From assembly GCF_006345805.1 (NCBI RefSeq), contig NW_021834868.1:1-45639 (forward strand): a stretch of 45,639 bases of DNA, in the 5' to 3' direction. Of this stretch, positions 10,861-22,677 are shown piece after piece. The translations under genes and the position numbers were made by a program. The stretch's first letter is position 1. Each line of letters starts with the position of its first letter. The notes under the pieces are model-generated. The model was given only the letters and a program-made list of their open reading frames with translations, did not search any database and was not told the origin of the DNA. The stretch is from Octopus sinensis. Its lineage: Eukaryota.

Positions 10861-11270
10861 TAGGCGCAGGAGTGGCTGTGTGGTAAGTAGCTTGCTTACC
10901 AACCACATGGTTCCGGGTTCAGTCCCACTGCGTGACACCTTGGGCAAGTGTCTTCTGCTATAGCCCCGGGCCGACCAATGCCTTATGAGTGGATTTGGTA
11001 GACAGAAACTGAAAGAAGCCTGTCGTATATATGTATATATGTGTGTGGTGTGTGTGTTTGTGTGTGTGTGTTTGTCCCCCTAGCATTGCTTGACAACCGA
11101 TGCTGGTGTGTTTACGTCCCCGTCACTTAGCGGTTCGGCAAAAGAGACCGATAGAATAAGTACTGGGCTTACAAAGAATAAGTCCCGGGGTCGATTTGCT
11201 CGACTAAAGGCGGTGCTCCAGCATGGCCGCAGTCAAATGACTGAAACAAGTAAAAGAAAGAAAACGAGAG
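10861..11270 (+). mobile_element. Full-length tRNA-derived CORE-type SINE (resembles octopus OR2-like SINEs, from recall)
   Basis: A-box tggctgtgtgg, B-box ggttcagtccc, CORE-like accttgggcaagtgtctt, internal TA/TG microsatellite, 3' tail ending gactgaaacaagtaaaaga. TSD TTATAGG at 10858-10864 and 11271-11277. Two further near-identical copies in the window. Confidence 0.9.
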
Positions 11271-11704
11271 TTATAGGAATTGTCGCCGATTGCAACTTGA
11301 GGTAAGGGCAACTTCATTTCGTGCCTTCCAACAACGATTTCGGCCACGTGGTCATCAGTTGTAAAGATATGTCCAAGAGTTAGATATGTGTTTTTGCTTT
11401 GTTGCTCTTCAAATTTTTGTTCTCATTTTTGCGCCCCTATCTTTCCGGCCGCCGACGCGCAACGGCCACAAAAATCAGAATCAGCAGCGATGTATTGAGA
11501 CCTTTTAGTGGGGAAAAAGGTGTCGTGGTGTCGTTAAAAAAAAAAAGGTGAGACTCGCGAAGATGCGTGGTATAGAAGATGTGGCTAGCCTTATACCGCT
11601 GTACTTAGAAGGCAGTGCGCTGAATTTCCACTTGGAAGGGGACAAAGGAAAAAGTTTTGAAAATTGAAGAGCGTCTGAAGGACGGGTTCACAGAGAATAA
11701 GATA

Positions 11705-11949
11705 TGTTTCTTTATTAGCCACACAGGGCTGCACACAGGACAAATTACAAGGTAGAGCTTTTCTTTTGGGGATAAAAAAGGGGGTTTGGTTTTCGATCAA
11801 AAGGGATCGTAAAAGGAAAGAAAGAGGAAAGCAAAAAAAAGCGGGGGATGAAAAATAAAAGGAAAAGGAAAATATCGATCAATAGGGATCGTTATCACAG
11901 AAATGTCAATATAAAGTGTAAAGGGGAGGACAGGTGAGGTTTACCCGTG
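11705..11949 (-). mobile_element. 5'-truncated LINE 3'UTR inserted in Gypsy gag
   Basis: Exact 12-bp TSD GAGAATAAGATA at 11693-11704 and 11950-11961; minus-strand end ...agccctgtgtggctAATAAAgaaaca. Confidence 0.8.
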
Positions 11950-12361
11950 GAGAATAAGATAGAAGGGCGAACAGATGCCGGATATCGAAACGGTGTCGGT
12001 AGGAGAAATGGTAGATAAGTTGCAGGTGTTGGCGCAAAACAACACACGGGATGTAACGGCAACAATGGCGACAGGTACGAGCAGAACGGAAAGGCAGGCG
12101 GCTGTTAGCGATAACAGGAGAATGGGGAGATGAACGGTTAAGGGACCATGTTTTAGATGTTGAGGTCAAGGAATGCACGGAACAAAAACCAATGGTGGTA
12201 TGTTACCGATGTTGCCAACCTGGGCACATAGCCAACTATTGCAAGCAGGGAAACCAGGAGAGAGGAATTACCGTACCGCTCGTTACCACCACGACCAATT
12301 GAAGGCGCACCGCCGATCGTTGCCTGTGGAGATTAGCCGAAGATGTGCCGTTCGAGTGCTC

Positions 12362-12410
12362 CTCACTGAAGATGCCTACAGAATAGACGAAACTAGACGT
12401 TTAGTCTGAG
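12362..12410 (+). ncRNA. Type I hammerhead ribozyme motif (Penelope-type)
   Basis: Stem I CTCA/TGAG, core CTGAAGA plus extra T, stem II GCCTA/TAGAC (1 mismatch), GAAA, self-complementary stem III CTAGACGTTTAG, GTC cleavage triplet at 12404-12406. Confidence 0.7.
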
Positions 12411-12543
12411 AATTTTCGAATCGGTACGGGCGATTATCTCCCGTGTCAGCATGTATGTCTGTGTTCTTCCTACAATATTAAGAGTATTTTAACTCTTATT
12501 TCTAGCAATTTAGGTGTGTCGGCAACCTAAGTCACACTAGCGA

Positions 12544-12605
<62 letters not shown>

Positions 12606-12623
12606 TGTGTGTGTATGTGTGTG

Positions 12624-12658
<35 letters not shown>

Positions 12659-12849
12659 TACAAAATTAGAGAATGGAGAAACATACTTAAATCAAAAAAA
12701 CATCAACTATCCGATGATACCCAATCAATACTTTAATACACCATTACATATGAGTAAAGGCATTATACAAAATGAGATATACAGTAATAGTAAAAAGATA
12801 AAGAGATATAAGTAAAAAATTTCAATTAATATGCAATTAAATCAAAACT

Positions 12850-12962
12850 GAACTGACAGCTGTTTCGGCAGTGAGGGCAGTCATACCTCATTTACCTCTA
12901 AGCCATAAAGGCAGGTATAAATGAGGCATTAACAAGGATGCCCCACGGCCTCTTCAGAGAAT
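12850..12962 (-). ncRNA. Hammerhead motif with ~85-nt extended stem II inside a Penelope-like terminal repeat
   Basis: Minus strand CTGAAGA-GGC...GCC-GAAAC-AGCT-GTC; the intervening sequence folds back on itself; stem I is eroded. Confidence 0.65.
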
Positions 12963-13131
12963 TAAATTAAATTTGTTATAATTGTGAAAAATTTATATAA
13001 CCATATACATATAAATATAAAATATAAAAATGTAAAATAAAAAACTTATACATCATAATGCTACACTTATAATATAGGATATATATTATCCCATGGTGGG
13101 TTGAATTTTCAACCCCTATCTCATTTTATAA

Positions 13132-13183
<52 letters not shown>

Positions 13184-13194
13184 AATATATATAT

Positions 13195-13292
13195 ATTTAT
13201 TATATAGAAGGAGCTTCTACAGGACTAGAACTGTTTCATTCAAGAGAATGAAACAGTTCTAGTCCTGTAGAAGCTCCTTCTATATAATAAAT
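13195..13292. repeat. Perfect 47-bp inverted repeat with a 4-nt spacer
   Basis: Arms 13195-13241 and 13246-13292 checked base by base; the arms contain GAAAC-AGTTCTA-GTC (3' half of a hammerhead-like motif). Confidence 0.95.
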
Positions 13293-13358
13293 TAATTTTA
13301 CTCTGCTATGTATTGAGTACCTTATTTACTGTGGTTAACCCCGGATCAACCCGGGACC

Positions 13359-13410
<52 letters not shown>

Positions 13411-13482
13411 GGAGTAAACACATAAATGTGAAACAAGGTGGAAAAAAGAGTACTCAAGTACCAGTGGTAGAGTAAATGCTTT

Positions 13483-13633
13483 TTTAAAGCAGCAGAAAAT
13501 TCAATAAAACCTGTTACTACTCTGAGTTTCACGTTGCCGTTCGTCGGACAGTTTTTGCTAGAAAAAACTGTCCGACGAACGGCAACGTGAAACTCAGAGT
13601 AACAGGTTTTGTTGAATTTTCTGGTGCTTTAAA
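13483..13633. repeat. ~70-bp inverted repeat carrying a variant hammerhead in each arm
   Basis: Arms 13483-13556 and 13563-13633 differ by 2 substitutions and a 3-nt indel. Right arm: CTGT-CCGACGA-ACG-GCAA-CGT-GAAA-CTCAGAG-TA-ACAG (13568-13605). Confidence 0.9.
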
Positions 13634-13656
13634 TAAAGTATATATATATATATAAA

Positions 13657-13687
<31 letters not shown>

Positions 13688-13886
13688 ATAATATATATAT
13701 ATATAATGTATGTATATATGTATATATACATATATATATATATGTATAATATATATATATATATATATATAGTATATATATATATATGATATAATATATA
13801 CATATATATATATAATATATATTATCTATATATATCATATATATATATATATATTATATAATATATATATATGTATATATGTATAT

Positions 13887-15135
13887 CAGAGGGCGATGGG
13901 TAAATTGTCGCCATTTATATATTTAATTTCGTGCATGCGTATTGTTTGTCTTTGATTTTGTTGGCTATACAGTATAGTAGGGTCAGTTGGGCACCGTCTG
14001 TGAGAAAAGAAACAGCACCATGACGCAATTCACTCTACGAGCAATTTGGAATCGACATACTGTACTGCTTGGCATTCGTGTTTGGGTGTCAATCTGAGGA
14101 CAGTGCAGAGGATTCGGAAAGAGTTGGATCAGTCTAATGGTGATTACGAAGCTCGGAAAACTCACTCTGATCGTTCTGATAAGAAAAGAACTCCTGAATT
14201 TGTTGGTGAGATCCAGACCATGATTGACAACGATACCTTCAAGTCAATCAGGTCCATCGCCAGGGACATGGGAGTGTCTGGGTTTCTTCTCAGGCAGGTA
14301 GTGCGTGAAGATATTTGGTATTCTTCATACAAGATGAGGAAGGGCCAATTTTTATCCCAAGCCATCAACAACAAGAGGAAGGACAACACTACAAAGCTTT
14401 AGAACAAAGTCAAGCATCCCTCCAAACGAACATGCTTTCATTTTTCTCAGACGGGAAAAATTTTTGCCAGGATCAGATGGTGAACACATAGAACAACCGT
14501 TGGCTTGCCACGTCTCCAAAACATGTACAGAAAGTGATAAAAATCAAACATCCAGTCAACGTCATGGTGTTTGGAGTGGTCACTAGTGATGACAACGTTA
14601 TGTCTCCATTCATCTTCTCACACAGCTTCAGACTCAACACGGAGCCCTACATCAAGTGCCTGGAGGAGGTAGTGCTGACCCAGGGTAAAGAGGATGATTC
14701 CTGGAAGACTCTATGTCTGGCAACAGGACTTTGCACCATGCCACACAAACAGGAGAACCCAGTCATGGCTGTCAGACAATTTTTGCGACCACATCACTCC
14801 TAATATCTCAGCACCTAACTCCCCAGGCTGCAATCCCCTTGATTATTATGTGTAGGGGTGCAGTTGAGAGGGAGACCAACAAAACTCCTTGTAACACCAT
14901 AGATGAATTGATAGCAAGGATTATGGCGGAATTCATCAACTTAAACAAGGAGACCGTCCAGAAGAGTTACAGGAGATTCTGAAGTCGCCTGGAGGCCAAT
15001 GGCAATTTTATTGAATAAATTTACTCTTTAGTATTTCAAGATATTTTTATGCAATTTTGATAAATATATTTATTAAAATGAGATGTCAGTGTTATTTTTA
15101 CGTAGTGCAGATGACAATTTATTCACCACACTCTG
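13887..15135 (+). mobile_element. Tc1/mariner DD37D (maT) transposon with decayed transposase
   Basis: Imperfect TIRs cagagggcgatgggtaaattgtc / rc cagagtgtggtgaataaattgtc; motifs FFSD, VMVFGVVTSD, QDFAPCH...NSPGCNPLDYY with 37 residues between the two Asp. Confidence 0.9.
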
Positions 15136-15185
15136 TATATGTACATACATATATACATACATACATGCATACATACATACACACA

Positions 15186-15228
<43 letters not shown>

Positions 15229-15302
15229 GAGACAGAGAGAGAGAGAGAGTAAATCCCCCCCCCCAAAAAAAATATGAGGAACAAACACAGTATGTATATA
15301 TA

Positions 15303-16522
15303 CAAGGGTTGGACAAAATAATGGAAACACCTTAAAATTTCAAACAAATTTATTTTAATATGGAGCAGGACCGCCTTTGGCAGTTGTTACAGCTTGAATT
15401 CTACGAGGTACAAACGAAGTTTGAATTGTTTTCAAAGGAACTTTTGTCAAGTCTTCAGCTAAAACAGTCACCAGTTCTAGTAGCGATGATGGTGGATGTT
15501 ATTGACTGCTTGTTTTTTCTAAAATGCACCATAAATGTTCAATTATATTGAGATCTGGCGACTGTGGTGGCCAGATAAGATGTTCAACTTCACTAGAATG
15601 TTCCTCGTTCCATTCAGTAACCACTTTAGCTGTGTGAATTATCATCCTGAAAGATTGTGTTTCCCTCCGGAAACAGTTCTGCAACCATAGGATGAAACTG
15701 TTCAGATAAAATGCTTAAATAGTCTTGACTATTAATTCTGTCATGAAGGGAAACCACTGGGCTAGCAGATTTGCAAGATATAGCGCCCCAGATCATCACA
15801 GATAATCCTCCGTGTTTAAGAGTCTAGATCAAATGCTTCTTTTGGCTGTCTCCACACGTATACTCGGCCGGTTGACGGAAATAAGATAAAAGATGACTCG
15901 TCCGAGAAAATAACATTCTTCCACTGCTCTAGGGACCAATTCTGTAGGTTTTTACTCCACTCTAAACGCTCTGCAACGTTTGTTTTGAAAGTAGTGATTT
16001 TCTGATTGCAGCCCTCCCGTGAAATCCGGCTTTGTGCAGCTCCAGGCGAACAGTTTGTGTGGAATCTGGGTTCTCGAGGTGATCATTAAGCTCTGCAGTA
16101 AATTTGGGAGCTGTACTTTTGTGATCCTTTCTAACAATTCGCATAAGAATCCAACGGTCCCTATCTGAAAGTTTTAGTTTTCTTCTGTAGTTTTGTTTCG
16201 ACGAGGAGGTTTTTCCCTCTTTCTCAAAGGCTGTCATTACTTTCGAGACAGTACTTCTTGATACACCAAACATTTCGGCTGTTTTCGTTACGCTAGCGCC
16301 TGCAATTTGACCTCTTTGAAAGTCCGATGGATCTGTTATTTTAATGAATTTTAATTACCTTTTTCTGATGATATCTGAAAAGAAACAGCAATTTTAGCAA
16401 AACATTAAGTAATTCTATTAAAAATAAAAAAAACATAAAAATAAGCAAGCTCTTGACGGTTCTATATTTCAAAATTATGATGTTATGATGCTAGGTGTTT
16501 CCATTATTTTGTCCAACCCCTG
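15303..16522 (-). mobile_element. Tc1 (DD34E-type) transposon, TIRs intact, transposase decayed
   Basis: 30-bp TIRs (15303-15332, 16493-16522; 1 mismatch) flanked by TA; FGVSRSTVSKV HTH, FSDESSF, FQDDN, WPPQSPDLNIIEHLW. Confidence 0.95.
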
Positions 16523-16533
16523 TATACACACAA

Positions 16534-16591
<58 letters not shown>

Positions 16592-16766
16592 ACACACACA
16601 CACGCACACACACACATAGCCTGTTGGTTACTTTTCCTTGCTGCTACTATCTTACTATATATATAATTTCATAAAATATCACACACACAACACACACACA
16701 CAACCACATATACATATATATTCAACGGATATTTGTATATGTTATTTTTAAACAACGTGTTCATTT

Positions 16767-17095
16767 ATACTGGTTCTCCGTCCGTTACGACGACGAGGGT
16801 TCCAGCTGTTCTGATTAACTGAACAGCTTGCTCGTGAACTTAACGTGCAGTGGCTGAGCTCTCCACAGACATGCGTACCCTTAACTTAGTTCTCGGGGAG
16901 ATTCAGCGTGACACAGAGTGTGACAAGGATGACCCTTTGAAATACAGGTAAAATTCATTTTTGTCAGCTGAATGGACTGGAGCAACATGAAATAAAGTGT
17001 CTTGCTCAAGGACACAATGCGTCGCCAGGAATTGAACTCATGACCTTACAATCATGAACCAAATGCCCTAACCACTAAGCCACACGCCTTCACAG
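16767..17095 (-). mobile_element. Full-length tRNA-derived SINE, second CORE-like family
   Basis: Minus strand A-box tggcttagtgg, B-box gagttcaattcc, tgtgtccttgagcaagacactt; the 3' body is shared with 27585-27707. Confidence 0.85.
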
Positions 17096-17137
17096 TTCAT
17101 ATATATACGCACACATATAAATCTATCTATCTATCTA

Positions 17138-17176
<39 letters not shown>

Positions 17177-17198
17177 ATATATATATTATATATATATA

Positions 17199-17230
<32 letters not shown>

Positions 17231-17616
17231 TGTGTGTGTGTGTGTGTATGTGTGAGCGTCTATGCTTATGCCAGTACCTATATCTGTACGTGTGCATGTT
17301 TGTATGCATGTGTAAGTGTATATGTGTGCGTATGTGTGTGCGGATGGCAAGCATGCGTGTGTGTGTGTGTATATATGTATGTATACTCGGTCATCAAAGT
17401 GATGATAGCCACTGGCCAATGTTAATGAGATGAACAGACCTTGCCAGTAAATGCATTAATTAAAAAGTGCGCATTCATTAAGAGGGGAAGCGGGGAGAGA
17501 GAATCTCATTAATTATTATATTAATTAGTTTAGCAATCAGTGTCCTAATGATAAATTATCTCAGTTTGTCACTTAAAGTTGGAAATGAGGAAATTTTCAT
17601 TCAATTTCATTGTTCC

Positions 17617-17650
<34 letters not shown>

Positions 17651-17916
17651 CTTGCCGTTTGGTAATGCTGCTGATGGTATTGGTGGTAGTGGTGGTGAGG
17701 TGATAGTTGTTGTTGTTGATGTTATTAGTTTTGGCAATAGCGCTGTTGTTCTTGTTGTTGTTGATGATGTTGTGGTGTTTGCGGTGGCGGTGGTGGTGAT
17801 GGTGGTGATGGTTCTACTGCTGCTGACGATGATGATGGAGGCAGTGGCGGTAGAAGTAAACGCTGAAATTTGAAGTGCATTGTCTTTTTTTCTTTTTATT
17901 GTTACAGTTGTTGTTG

Positions 17917-17948
<32 letters not shown>

Positions 17949-18405
17949 GGTGGTGGTGGTGGTGGTGGTGTTGTTGTTGTTACGCCATAATGTTGGAAGA
18001 TATAGTTGATCAAAAATGTTGTGATCAGCTATATCTGCCAGTAGCATGAAATAACTCCGAACCCTCAGAAACGGCTGTCGGACTTGTAACGCTTTCTCAA
18101 CTCTCATTCTTTGAGTCTATGTAATCTATGAAAAAAATATATATCTATTTGATTGATTTATTTGATATATATATATATATATTTACTTGATTGATTTTCA
18201 TCTGAAAGTGTTGCCTGCCTTCTCTTTTTACATGTTTACGTGTATATTTATTTTGTTCATTAAAACCGAAAGTTTACCTGTTTATTTGAATCACTCATTC
18301 ACTCTCTCTTTCCCCCCTCTCTATATATCTCTCTCTCTCTGTCTGTCTCTCTCTCTCTATATATATATATACATATATATATATATAATATATATATATA
18401 TAATA

Positions 18406-18436
<31 letters not shown>

Positions 18437-18572
18437 GTGTGTATGTGTATGTATGCACCACACACACACACACAAGCACACACATACATAAGCGTTTTTT
18501 ATGTAAACATTTAGCAGAACACTCTATGAAAATATAATAATAAATAGTCCATATTTCCTTGTTTCAAGGGAA

Positions 18573-18805
18573 TGAGCTGGCAGAATCGTTAGCACACCGG
18601 GTAAGTTGCTTAGCGGCATTTCGTCCGACTTGCCGTTCTGAGTTCAAATTCCACCGAGGACGACTTTGCCTTTTATCCTTTCGGAGTCGATAAAATAAGT
18701 ACCAGTTAAGCAGTGGGGTCGATGTTATTGACTAATGCCCGTCACCAAAATGTGGAGGGGATTAGCGTGTGTGTAAGCCTTGTGCCGATAGTAGAAAGGA
18801 TTATA
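18573..18805 (+). mobile_element. tRNA-derived SINE with a Deu/Nin-like central domain (OR1-like, from recall)
   Basis: A-box tggcagaatcg, B-box gagttcaaattcc, gactttgccttttatcctttcggagtcgataaaataagtacc; several copies in the window. Confidence 0.8.
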
Positions 18806-18904
18806 TTTTTTGTTGTATTTGGGGATGGTCATGTTGCCAGTTTAGCCAATGAAAACACACGCCCTATACATTTGGTGTTCACTTGCTTCAGCTTTATTTT
18901 ATAT

Positions 18905-18960
18905 TAATTGTATTTCGGCCAGAGTTCATTCGTCACACTTCTGTGACCTCATCAGTGGTC
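18905..18960 (-). ncRNA. Degenerate hammerhead motif
   Basis: Minus strand CTGATGA-GGTCA...TGGCC-GAAA; stems I and III are not supported. Confidence 0.4.
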
Positions 18961-19136
18961 CTTTGCTTTCTTCTTTCATTTTTTGTGTCTCTCCTTACTA
19001 ACGATCTGCCATTTATATTTTTTATTCCTTTTTTATTATGCCATTTTAATGTAATAGACTACTTCTCTGAATCTGAATTTATTCACCGCCATCGAGCACT
19101 CTACTTATTGTTTGACACCAAGAAATATTTTCGTTC

Positions 19137-19554
19137 TTACTCTTTTACTCTTTTACTTGTTTCAGTCATTTGACTGCGGCCATGCTAGAGCACCACCTTT
19201 AGTCGAGCAAATCGACCCCGGGACTTATTCTTTGTAAGCCCAGTACTTATTCTATCGGTCTCTTTTGCCGAACCGCTAAGTGACGGGGACGTAAACACAC
19301 CAGCATCGGTTGTCAAGCAATGCTAGGGGGACAAACACAGACACACAAACATATACACACACACTTATATATATATATATACATATATACGACAGGCTTC
19401 TTTCAGTTTCCGTCTACCAAATCCACTCACAGGGCATTGGTCGGCCCGGTACTATAGCAGAAGACACTTGCCCAAGATGCCACGCAGTGGGACTAAACCC
19501 GGAACCATGTGGTTGGTTAGCAAGCTACTTACCACACAGCCATTCCTGCGCCTA
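19137..19554 (-). mobile_element. Full-length SINE, same family as 10861
   Basis: Reverse complement aligns along the full length of 10861-11260. Confidence 0.92.
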
Positions 19555-20079
19555 TTTCTGTTTAAGAATTATTTATATCCATAATCAGTATTGTAATTCG
19601 GTTTTAAATTGTATTTTCATTGTGAATATCTGAAACTGGAGCATTACATTGCAAAAACAAAACAAAAACAATACAATTACATAAATAAAAAATATATTTC
19701 TAAGATATTTCACTTGTTCGCCAAATTTTGTGTTAGTTGTATGGTGTTTGCTGTCTGACACACATTCGTGTTGCTTCTTTTGTTCAAATCTTTCTGTTAA
19801 CCGCCGACACTGGAGACGCAGAAATATGCGTTACTAAACACATGATATAACTGCCGTACATTAGACAGCTAAATACATGGGCAGGGGGAATTAATGTGCG
19901 CGTGTGTGTGTGCGTGTGTGTGAGCTTATTCTCTAGTATAATGTCACTTAGGCCATCCTTATATATTAAGTTATTTTATTCTTAACCTCAATTTATTCAT
20001 CTTCGTACTCTGCTAATGTTTCGTATGAAGAAACATTTTCCCTTAACGTTTACAAGGAATGTATGCCTTTACACAAACA

Positions 20080-20180
20080 CATATATACATGTGTGTGTGT
20101 ACGTATATATGTATATATCCGTTTGTATATACAAGTATATATATATATAATATATATTTAGATATACACACATATATAAA

Positions 20181-20234
<54 letters not shown>

Positions 20235-20294
20235 CATAAATATTTATATGAATTCATAAACATATATATATGTATATATATATTATATATATAT

Positions 20295-20343
<49 letters not shown>

Positions 20344-20401
20344 ACACACACACATATATATATATATTAATATATTATATAAACCTATATGTATATATAT
20401 A

Positions 20402-20475
<74 letters not shown>

Positions 20476-20872
20476 AACCTATATATATATATATATATAT
20501 AGGTTTATATATAAATATGGCATATGTGTGTTTTGTGTGTATGTGAGAGAAAGTGAATGTTGCAAAGTTCCAAGATAATTTACCATACCATTAGGGCTTC
20601 AATTGATGGAATTCTCCAGAAACCTAAACCTATTAACATGTTGTCTTCAGGGCTTATCTTCTTCCCACTCTTTTAACCTTCTTAGATTATCTCTTTATTT
20701 CCTGATCATCATTCTCTCTCTCACTCTCTCTCTCTCTCTACCTCTCTCTCTACCTCTCTCTCTACCTCTCATTTACCTCATTTAATTCATAGTGATACAT
20801 ATTTCCTTTCATTGTCATTTTCCGTCTTTCCAATATGCATCGGCATATGTGTGTATATAGATGTATGCATGC

Positions 20873-20925
<53 letters not shown>

Positions 20926-20969
20926 TATAATATATCTATATATATATATATAGATATATATATATATAT

Positions 20970-21025
<56 letters not shown>

Positions 21026-21027
21026 AA

Positions 21028-21070
<43 letters not shown>

Positions 21071-21320
21071 TATATATATACATATACATACATATGTATA
21101 TATATATATATATATTCATATATATACATATATATAAGTACATAAATATATAGTATACATAACTATATATAAATATGTATATATATATATATACATATTT
21201 ACACAATATATTTATGCATATATATATACACATATACATAAATACATATATACTCATATAATTTATGTATATGCGTTCATATATATATATATATATATAT
21301 GCATACATACATATATATAT

Positions 21321-21398
<78 letters not shown>

Positions 21399-21600
21399 AT
21401 ATACTTATGTATTCATGAGTGTGTGTGCGTGTAATTCTTCTGAATATATTGATCTATAGATAGGTACATAGAAAAACTAGTTCCTTACATATACAAACAC
21501 ACACACGCACACACACACACACACACATATATACAAACGCACACATACTACATACATATACATACATACATAGATAAATACATAAATACACATCTACATA
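20080..21600. repeat. (TA)n-dominated microsatellite block with short unique interruptions
   Basis: Directly visible. Confidence 0.9.
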
Positions 21601-22254
21601 CATATACCTACACAACGAATATTTCTCCTACATCCGACCCTCAAATCCCATCACTTCGATACAATAACTCTCTACTCTCCATTCAGACCAACTCCCAACG
21701 GCCAATCGACAACCTTGTTATATTAATTGTGCTCTCCTTCTATTACTCTCCTTTGCTTCTTGATCCCCGATCAATAAACTACATTTCTCTCCCATTTTGT
21801 AAGAGGGTTGACTGACTCTTCACTAGATGAGCAAAGATTATAGTACAACGCATCACCACACTACTGTAACCATATTACGCAGTCGGGGGTTAAGAGGGGG
21901 GGCCTAAAAATGCATGCTTGTCTGTAGGAGTATATATGTGTATATTTATTTGTGTGGGGGGGCGTTGTGTATGCGTGCGTGTGTATGTATGTAGGTGTGC
22001 GTGAGTGCATACCTATGTATATTCATCCATACACATAAAAATCATATATATATATATATATATATATATGCAAATACATAAATATACATATAAGCATGCG
22101 TGTATACATACACACACATATATCTGTATATATATATATATATATGTATTTATACACACTTACACACACACACACACACACATACATATGTACATACATA
22201 CACGTGTGTGTATCTAATATCTATACACACCCAAACACATGAGGTCAAATCCTT

Positions 22255-22320
22255 TGACTAAAAGTTTTTCAAGGCGGTGCTCCAGCATGGCCGCATTCAA
22301 ATGACTGAAGTATGTAAAAT
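22255..22320 (+). mobile_element. 3' tail fragment of the 10861 SINE family
   Basis: aaggcggtgctccagcatggccgcattcaaatgactgaa. Confidence 0.75.
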
Positions 22321-22338
22321 ATGAAAACTATATATGTT

Positions 22339-22370
<32 letters not shown>

Positions 22371-22372
22371 TG

Positions 22373-22420
<48 letters not shown>

Positions 22421-22677
22421 ATATAGTATATATATATATATGTTGTATGTATTAGTAATAATGGCACACCCCTCCCACGGGAAGAACGGAATAACCTAGT
22501 CACTATAAGTAAAGAGACGTACGTGAAGTACGGGAGTACATGGTAGGCAGTCAGGGATAGTCGTGTCTTTACTGGTTTTAATAAGTATACTGTATACTGA
22601 AATGATTTTATAACAGTCCAAGATTTTAGGGATTATAACAGTAGCGCCGAGGATTTTAAAGAACTCACGAAGAATTA

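Larger units (their letters stand above)
10610..12360 (+). mobile_element. Decayed Gypsy LTR retrotransposon (probable LTR/5'UTR, internally deleted gag, start of pol), interrupted by a SINE and a LINE 3' end
   Basis: About 11470-11700 reads SDVLRPFSGEKGVV...RLAKMRGIEDVASLIPLYLEGSAL...IEERLKDGFTE (Gypsy gag). About 12145-12300 reads GPCFRC...VKECTEQKPMVVCYRCCQPGHIANYCKQGN (CCHC knuckle). Slippery G GGA AAC at 12248-12254. The LTR boundaries are approximate. Confidence 0.8.

Noticed and set aside
10861-10935. tRNA genes at SINE heads (also 17020-17095 and 40484-40560)
   Set aside because: A/B boxes are followed by SINE body and tail; no complete cloverleaf.
20014-20037. Small inverted repeat aatgtttc/gaaacatt resembling a hammerhead half
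   Set aside because: Too short, with no CUGANGA core nearby.
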